In this document: positions 56,164 to 64,000 of the stretch, one piece after another
Numbering within the stretch: position 1 is the stretch's first letter
Layout: every line of letters starts with the position of its first letter
Assembly (NCBI GenBank): GCA_951406725.2
Contig: OX597824.1
Location: 24,180,001-24,244,000 of the forward strand
Length of the DNA: 64,000 bases
Direction of reading: 5' to 3'
From: Octopus vulgaris
Lineage: Eukaryota
Program-made: the position numbers and the translations under genes
Notes under the pieces: generated by a model
The model's input: the letters and a program-made list of their open reading frames with translations, nothing else
Told to the model about the DNA's origin: nothing
The model's database searches: none

Positions 56164-57137
56164 TCCTACAGCATCTGAGAAAGTAACAGTTTATAAAATG
56201 TGGATGTATTTTTTTGCAATTTCTTTGAAGCATTAACAAAACATTAGTCATATTTTTTTTTCCTTCCTCGTCTAATTAATGAAACGCTTTGCATCTGAAG
56301 CAGTCGCATGCCCTATGGATAAAGTTTAGATGTAGGGGACATTTTGTGTCAGCAGATGCTAATTATATTTGGTACAACACCACCAGGTCTGAGGAAGGGG
56401 TACATCGATTAAATAGACTTCAGGATCCCAACAACTACTGATATTATCAATTGTGAACGGCGATTTCGTCCCCAAGAGATTTTGAACTCGGAACGTAAAG
56501 GACGAAATGCCGGATACCGATTCTGGCGCATTGCTGCCTTTTAATGCCAACGACAATACCCCTACGATTATGCATTTTCCTAATACCAAAAGTTACTAAG
56601 TCTGTCGAAAGCGGCTGTCGAAAACGTCCGGTGATCCTTTGTTAGATTAATGTTTGGTGAAGCTGTATACTTTGCATTTCATGTTTACTAACCAGCAAAC
56701 TCTTTCGAAAATAATCAACCATTTCTCGTTACATACAAGAAAAAATTTTTTAATTAGAACGAAAATAGGTTAGTTTTGTTATCAATAAAGTTAGACGTAG
56801 TTTTAAGGGTATTAATGATAGACATGGCTGTATTTTTACAAAACAGAAAAGCTACCGAATCTAATTACAGAACGTTATTACTCACGAATACAAGAGAAAG
56901 CACAAAATTGTCTAAGGATGTTCTTGATGCAATGGATAATAGTGGTGCTGATTCTTCTTTTTACAGTTCTCAGATTGCATGATACGTATATTAAAAAAGG
57001 AGGGAGAGTAAAAAAAAAAATACGAAAAGACTGAACTCTATCATGACGTGCACTGGTTTCGATTGTTTAAAACGACTGGTTAATGCTGGAATAAAATGGA
57101 AAAATTGAAATAAAACTTTTATAAAACTAGTTCTTGT

Positions 57138-57502
57138 TACTCTCTTTTACTAGTTTCAGTCATTTGACTGCGGCCATGCTGGAGCACCGCCTTTATTCGA
57201 GAAAATCAACCCCAGGACTTATTCATTGTAAGCCTAGTACTTATTCTATCGGGCTCCTTTTACCGAACCGCCAAATTACGGGGACGTAAACACATCAGCA
57301 TCGATTGTCAAGCGATTTTGGGGGGACGAACACAGATATATACATATATACGACGTGCTTCTTTCAGTTTGCGTCAACCAAATCCATTCACAAGGCTTTG
57401 GTCGGCCCGAGGCTATAGTAGAAGGCACTTGTCCAAGGTGCCACGCAGTGGGACTGAACCCGAAACCATGTTGTTGGTAGACAAGCTACCCGCCACTCCG
57501 CC
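57138..57502 (-). mobile_element. SINE family A
   Basis: Matches family A. Confidence 0.85.
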
Positions 57503-58347
57503 TGGTTGTTCATAAATCTTTTTATAAAAATCATTTAGTGATGTACTTTGTGTGTTCGCCTGTGGATATATTTCTTATATTTTTGTGGGTGATCTCGAAG
57601 CACAAGAATCTATGAACAGCGTTTAAATAGTTTAAAAAGAAAACGTTTGGCTAGAAAAAGTCGATGGCTGCCCTTTAAGAATGGCGGTTAATTGCTTTCA
57701 TTCATGTTTTGTATAAATAAATAAACGCGTCAGATTGTGGTGAGAAGGGGTTGGCTGCCACTGAAAAATTTAGTGATTGATTATTAAAATAAAATTGGCG
57801 ATCTGGCAGAATCATTAGCACGTCGATAAAAGGACTGGTGTCGTTTCTTCCGGTTCTTCACATTCTGCGTTCAAATTCCAACGAAGCCGATATTGCTTTT
57901 CATTTCAGGGTCGATAAAATAAAATACCAATCTGTAATCGATTGCCCCATCTACTCAAAGTTGCTGGCTTTGTGCAAAGTTCAGAAAGTTATATAAGAAA
58001 CTCCAGTTAGATGCAAAACAAAAAGGAAACCTCGGCAGTGGTGTGTGTTTCTTTACTCTGTCCCAAAATAGTTCTGATTCAGGTCACACAATATTGAACA
58101 TCTCATCAATAAATTCATTCAAAAAGTCATTGTATTCTTTGTATCATGAATGTTGACTCGCAATGAGACACATGTATTTACATCACAATATAAGATATTT
58201 ACGCAAACATTTTAGCGCACCCTGCAACGTTGGAGGCTTATATATAATGCGTGCGTGTATATAGAGGGCGGACCAAAAGTCATGCACCAAAACATATAAC
58301 ATTTTATTTATTTTACGTTATTAGTATTATTATTATTTATCAAGGTA

Positions 58348-58850
58348 TAGAGCTGGCAGAATCGTTAACACGCCGGGCGAAATACTGAGCGGTATTTCGT
58401 GTCCCGCTACGTTCTGAGTTCAAATTCTGCCGAGGTCCACTTTGCCTTTCATCCATTTCGGGGTCGATTAAATAAGTACCAGTTACGTACTGGGGTCGAT
58501 ATAATCGGCTTAATCCGTTTGTCTGTCCTTGTTTGTCCCCTTTGTGTTCAGTCCCTTGTGGGTAGTAAAGAAATAGGTATTTCGTCTGCCGTTACGTTCT
58601 GAGTTCAAATTCCGCCGAGGTCGACTTTGCCTTTCATCCTTTCGGGGTCGATTAAATAAGTACTAGTTACGGACTGGGGTCGATATAATCAGCTTAATCC
58701 GTTTGTCTGTCCTTGTTTGTCTTCTCTGTGTTTAGGCCCCAAGATCGACTTTTCCTCCCATTCTTTCGGGGTCGATAAATTAAGTACCATTAAAACACTG
58801 GGGGGGGGGGAGTGATGTAATCGACGAACACCTCCCCCAAAATTTCAGGG
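58348..58850 (+). mobile_element. SINE family B tandem multimer
   Basis: One head; the body restarts at GTATTTCGTC after the tail. The final unit has the CCCCCAAAATTTC tail. Confidence 0.8.
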
Positions 58851-59112
58851 CTATTATTACTATTATTCATTTTGCTCATCATGTACAAGTATGTGAGCAT
58901 TCATCGTTATTTTATTTATTTTATTCAATTTTACGAATATTGAAACACGACTTTTACAATTCTGGAGCGTATTGAACTTATTGGTGCTTGACTTTAGGTC
59001 CACACTATACATATGTATATGTGTGTACAAACATATATATGTATCTAAGTATATATCAGCCACTGATAGATATATGTATAGTACAAAAGTGTGTGGTAAG
59101 AAGCTTGCTTCC

Positions 59113-60240
59113 GATCGTACTGGAAGCTAAACAACTCCCCCAGACAACACACAAGCACGCACACAGAACAGTCCCCGCAAAGACAAACACTCCCACCCCC
59201 TCTGTTGTGGTGCCGGCCCCCAAACGAAACAACGGAAAGACCCAACCCCTGCGCACATAAGCCCCTGCAAAAACAAAATTTCCCACCCCTTGAAACCTGA
59301 GGCACGGGAAGCTAAACAAACCTATTTTGACTTGCGAGAGATATTGTAGCCGGATTGAGGAACTAGTACAGAGGGCGTTAACCGGCGCTGTAGTTAATAA
59401 CAAGTGGTGGTTCGCCCTCAAGAGAGCCATTCGTTTCGAGTCTGTTAGGTTTAGCTACTAACTAAGACTAGATAAGGCTAGAATAGAAGGGTAACTAGTT
59501 AAGGACCTAGAGAAGGTGTTTAGGTTGGGCTCTGCATCCCACATTTTGGCAGCGAGAACGGACTTGGACCGTCATCTCAAAGCCAAACATAAGGGTTGCA
59601 GAGTTCGGACTAAAGCGCGCGCATTGGGCCGTGAGCTAATTAATGTTGCCGGATGGGCCCATATGGTAGAAATCCAGCGTGGGAATGATGCCACAATAAG
59701 GTCTCTTATTGATGACAATGGGAGCTCGGTCGAGGACGAGATGTGTGAGGGAGGGGCTCTCAATCATGGTGAGGCCCTTAGAGGCTTCCTGTCTGGTGAC
59801 CCGCGTCTATCGGCATGAGAAGCTGAGTGCTGTGAAGGCCCAATCACGGCCAAGGAGGTGATCGAGATGCTAGGCGAATGCCCCGAGGAGAAGTCGCCGG
59901 GTCTCGATGGTCTACCCTATGAATTTTATAACGGTATGCCAGTCTTGTTCGGGCGCCTACTGGCCAGCGTCTACACCAATTGGTAGCAGAATGGGAGAAT
60001 TCCTAAGCCTGCGAGCGGAGGGCTGGTGCGTTGATCAGGAAGGACCCGAGCAAGGGGGACGAAATAGGAATTTTCAGACTCCTAACACTGTTGAACACAG
60101 AGTTAAAGATTTTGGCCAAAGTGCTAGCGAAAAGGTTGGCGCGTGTCGTGAACAGACTTGTAGAGGAAGCGCAAAGTGCCCTATCCCGGGCAGGTTGATC
60201 CACGACAATCTCCATCTTATATGCTACTGCTTAGAGTAGC
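59113..60240 (+). mobile_element. Tx1/L1-like LINE ORF2 fragment starting at the SINE A target site
   Basis: Follows TGTGTGGTAAGAAGCTTGCTTCC (59090-59112). YWKLN, CEGPITAKEV..KSPGLDGLPYEFY, LTLLNTELKILAKVLAKRL, IPGRLIHDNLHL. Stops and frameshifts are present, and the 3' end is missing. Confidence 0.8.
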
Positions 60241-60487
60241 GTATGATGGCTTAGCTGGACGAAATTTCGATAGCACTCTGAGTAGTATTCTTGTATAAGA
60301 ATAATACATTTTTACTCTGCAAATGTGTAGAGTTAGCTATCAGATTAATATAACTTCTTTATTGTAATTGAACACATAAAAATACACACATACATACATA
60401 CATACATACATACATACATACATACATACATACATACATACATACATACATACATACATACATACATACATACATACATACATACAT

Positions 60488-60716
60488 ACATGAGTAACGA
60501 TACATACTTCCATGTGCATGTTGCTAAATTGGCAATGAAATGCAGGCGGCTGACCGGATGGATTCTTAGAACTTTTGGAACAAGAAATCAGGAAACCATG
60601 ATGGTTCTCTGGAGGACACTTTTCCTAAGCCACTTTGACAATTGCTCTCAGCTATGGTCACCAACCAGTGTCAAATTAATCTTCAGAACTTGAGGCAATC
60701 CAACGAAGCTACACGA
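60488..60716 (+). pseudogene. Fragment of the CR1/L2-group LINE
   Basis: MSNDTYFHVHVAKLAMKCRRLTGWILRTF matches 33232-33455. Confidence 0.85.
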
Positions 60717-60816
60717 ATTCCGCCGAGGTTGACTTTGCCTTTCATCCTTTCGGAGTCGATGTAATCGACTATACTGCTCCCCACAAATTCCAGGCCTTGA
60801 GACTATAGTAGAAAGG

Positions 60817-60861
<45 letters not shown>

Positions 60862-61659
60862 GAGTGAGAGAGCAGTGCATGCCATCAAAGTGACACTGGG
60901 GTAAAATATACGAAGCCCAATATACCCATCATGACTACCCGTCTGATAAAGGTACACCAGGCACATGCATCACAACCATATGTGCGCGACATGGTGATCT
61001 CATATCAAGATAAACAGCACATGACCTTGCAGGTGGGGCCCAGTTAGAATTTTCTTCAGGTTGAGTAGCCCATCCCGCTCAAAAGGTCCCTGAATAAGGG
61101 TTGTTTAAGGATGTTGAAAGAACCACCCATGTTTCCAGAGGTGAATTATTCAAACCCCAAAGAATCCCTCTCAACACATGGCTATGATGCTCCCCCACTA
61201 CTTCTGCACATATCGTCAGCCACTAAGGGACATGCTCAACTGGTTAAGGTCAAACAACTGACAAGCAAATCTGTGGTATTGAGCAGAATATTTGCTGTAG
61301 CCCATCTTTTATACCAAGACAAAACAATGTACATGATAACACTTCCAATCAGTTAAGATGATAACTCTTCCAATCATGATTATCATCATCATCATAATCA
61401 TCATCATTATCATCATTATTATTATTATTATTGTTATTACAACCAAATGCAATAAATAATTGCAACGGCTGTTGCAGTTATATTGTATTATACTGTCAAA
61501 TACATTTGTTGTCAGAGTAATGTTGCACAAATATAATATACAGAGCTGTCTCCGTCATGTTGCTTCTTTTTTTTTTTTGCATTATATTGTGCACCATAAA
61601 ATATGCATCACGTGTCCTCGGTATTGTTATTTTCATCGTTCATTTTCTTGTTGCTGTTA

Positions 61660-61690
<31 letters not shown>

Positions 61691-61894
61691 CTGTGTGTAT
61701 GCGTATGCACAAAGTATTAATGTATGTTCCATATTTCGTTTTGTGAAAACCGTTGAAGAAAAGAAGTAGTGTTTATACATAGCTTAACAATGTATACATA
61801 CGTACATAAATGCATAGTTTCGTAACGTACAACATACGTATATATATTTACATACGCACAAAAATACGCACACACAGAGTCACACACATATATG

Positions 61895-61924
<30 letters not shown>

Positions 61925-61926
<2 letters not shown>

Positions 61927-62127
61927 CTCTCTTTAATCTTTTACTTGTTTCAGTCATTTGACTGCGGCCATGCTGAAGCACTGCCTTTAGTCGAGCAAAT
62001 CGACCACGGGACTTATTCTTTGTGAGCCTATTACTTATACTATCGGTCCTTATTCTAACGGTCTGTTTTGCCGAACCGCTAAGTTACGGGGAACGCACAA
62101 AAATACGCACACACAGAGTCACACGCA

Positions 62128-62207
<80 letters not shown>

Positions 62208-62626
62208 CTCTCTTTAATCGTTTACTTGTTTCAGTCATTTGACTGCGGCCATGCTGAAGCACTGCCTTTAGTCGAGCAAATCGACCACGGGACTTATTCT
62301 TTGTTAGCCTACTACTTATTCTATCGGTCCTTATTCTAACGGTCTCTTTTGCCGAACCGCTAAGTTACGGGGAAATAAACGCACCATCATCGGTCGTCAT
62401 GCAATGCTAGGGGGACAGACACAGACACACAAACATACACACACGCACACATACATATATATACGTCGGGCTTCTTTCAGTTTCCGTCTACATGGTCCAC
62501 CCACAAGGCTTTGGTCGGCTCGAGGCTATAGTAGAAGACAGTTGCCCAAGATGCCACGCAGTGGGACTGAACCCGGAACCATGTGGTTGGTAAGCAAGCT
62601 ACTTATCACACAGCCACTCCTACGCC
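61925..62626 (-). mobile_element. SINE family A with a local tandem duplication of its 3' part and flank
   Basis: 61854-62093 is repeated at 62094-62374. Confidence 0.85.
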
Positions 62627-62930
62627 TATATATAAATACTGTGAAAATAATAAGGGTATAAAATTTAGAAAAACTTTCATACCAGTGGGTAGCATGCGTA
62701 ATAATGCCAATAGACAATGTATTTTCATATATAATAGTGTACAAACAATTTATGTATTTATACACGAAACAGGTGACCTTTAACTGGACACCTTACATGC
62801 TAGAAAGGGCAGTTAGTCCAAACCACGAAATGCGCAATTTCAAAGGAAAAGTGAATGAATATAAAAATATTATATATATATATATATACATACACATATC
62901 TACATACATATACATACATACATACATACA

Positions 62931-62989
<59 letters not shown>

Positions 62990-63930
62990 GGGGAGTATAT
63001 TATTATTATTTAGTATAATATTATTATTTCTTTTTACTTATTATATAATGTTTATTCATTATTTTGTACTTTGTGTGATCTAGATATATGCTTGATATAT
63101 CTAGATATATAAAACATATATGGTTTATGGTTTATGTCTATCATTGTTTGAATTGCATAATAGTGGTTTTTCTCTAATTTATATATATATATATAATTTT
63201 ATATATGAGGATAATATCGATATTTAAGAATCAATATTATCAATTCTGACTATAAAAACCACGTTAAGTGTTCATATCGTACCATGAAATAAGACAGAAT
63301 TTCGACTGCTATTTCGGCATGTTGGTGTCTATTAGACACCCTCATTTTTAATTGTTAAAAATTATTACCTTTGGACGGTATTTTTCCCATGCTGGCCACT
63401 TGATAATATTGATACTTAAATATCGATATTATCCTCATATATAAATTTATATAATTCGTTATTATATTCACTGCGATGATTATTTTAACCATATCGTGCT
63501 TATGGGGTGCTTTGGCGGGCAATTTAACTGGCCGCGTGCATACGTACATATGTATTTATGTATGGACGTTCGTATATGTAAGTATATCGTTTGTTCTGCA
63601 TATATATATCAGTATTTATGTACCCTTGATATATTCAATTGATGACGGTAAAGCTTATTTAAAGCAAAACCAGAAATCCTGGATCTTGAATTATTCAATA
63701 ATTTTTGCTTGTATATTTTGTCCCTCTGTCTTATCTCATGGTACGATATGAACACTTAACGTGGTTTTTATAGTCAGAATTTCGACTGCTATTTCGGCAT
63801 GTTGGTGTCTATTAGACACCCTCTTTTTTAATTGTTATATATATATATATATATATATATATGACCTCGTGTGTACCGTTGGCGATTTTTTTCCTCTGTC
63901 TTCCCTTCTCGGGATCTTTCCTTCTCCTAT

Positions 63931-63965
63931 GTTTCCGACGAAGAGCTCCGCTCGAAACGTTAAAC
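63931..63965 (+). ncRNA. Degenerate minimal hammerhead-ribozyme-like motif
   Basis: GTTT-CCGACGA-A-GAGC(TCC)GCTC-GAA-ACGT-T-AAAC. Stems I and II pair and stem III is palindromic. Confidence 0.45.
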
Positions 63966-64000
63966 CCACCTTCTTCCCTTCTTTCCTGAGCGTCCAATAA

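Overview
Repeat-rich eukaryotic genomic DNA. The SINE families and the extreme (AT)n/(TATC)n/(CA)n microsatellite load suggest an octopod cephalopod (inference). The only host genes are two tandem, intact, divergent alpha-tubulin paralogues (ATG-only exon 1 plus two coding exons, 447 aa each) inside a duplicated block (34471-~42040 and 44303-~56010). The second copy looks chimeric and has gained three insertions: a composite 10-bp-period satellite, a solo LTR and an ORF1-only retroelement. The rest is SINEs (four families, labelled A-D here), a near-complete CR1/L2-group LINE, Tx1/L1-like ORF2 fragments, Tc1/mariner and Penelope remnants, and TTAA MITEs. The main candidate for an undescribed system is a Tx1/L1-related retroelement group. 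Four diverged elements encode only an ORF1-like protein (zinc knuckle seen in three) with no RT, and share a 3' stem-loop tail with a SINE. Two of them, plus a Tx1-like ORF2 fragment, sit at the same site (GT|AAGAAGCTTGCTT) in the tRNA-like head of the commonest SINE. Also notable are hammerhead-ribozyme-like motifs, two with an apparent C3-G8 to G3-C8 swap. Most ORFs in the supplied track are microsatellite artefacts. All alignments were done by eye.
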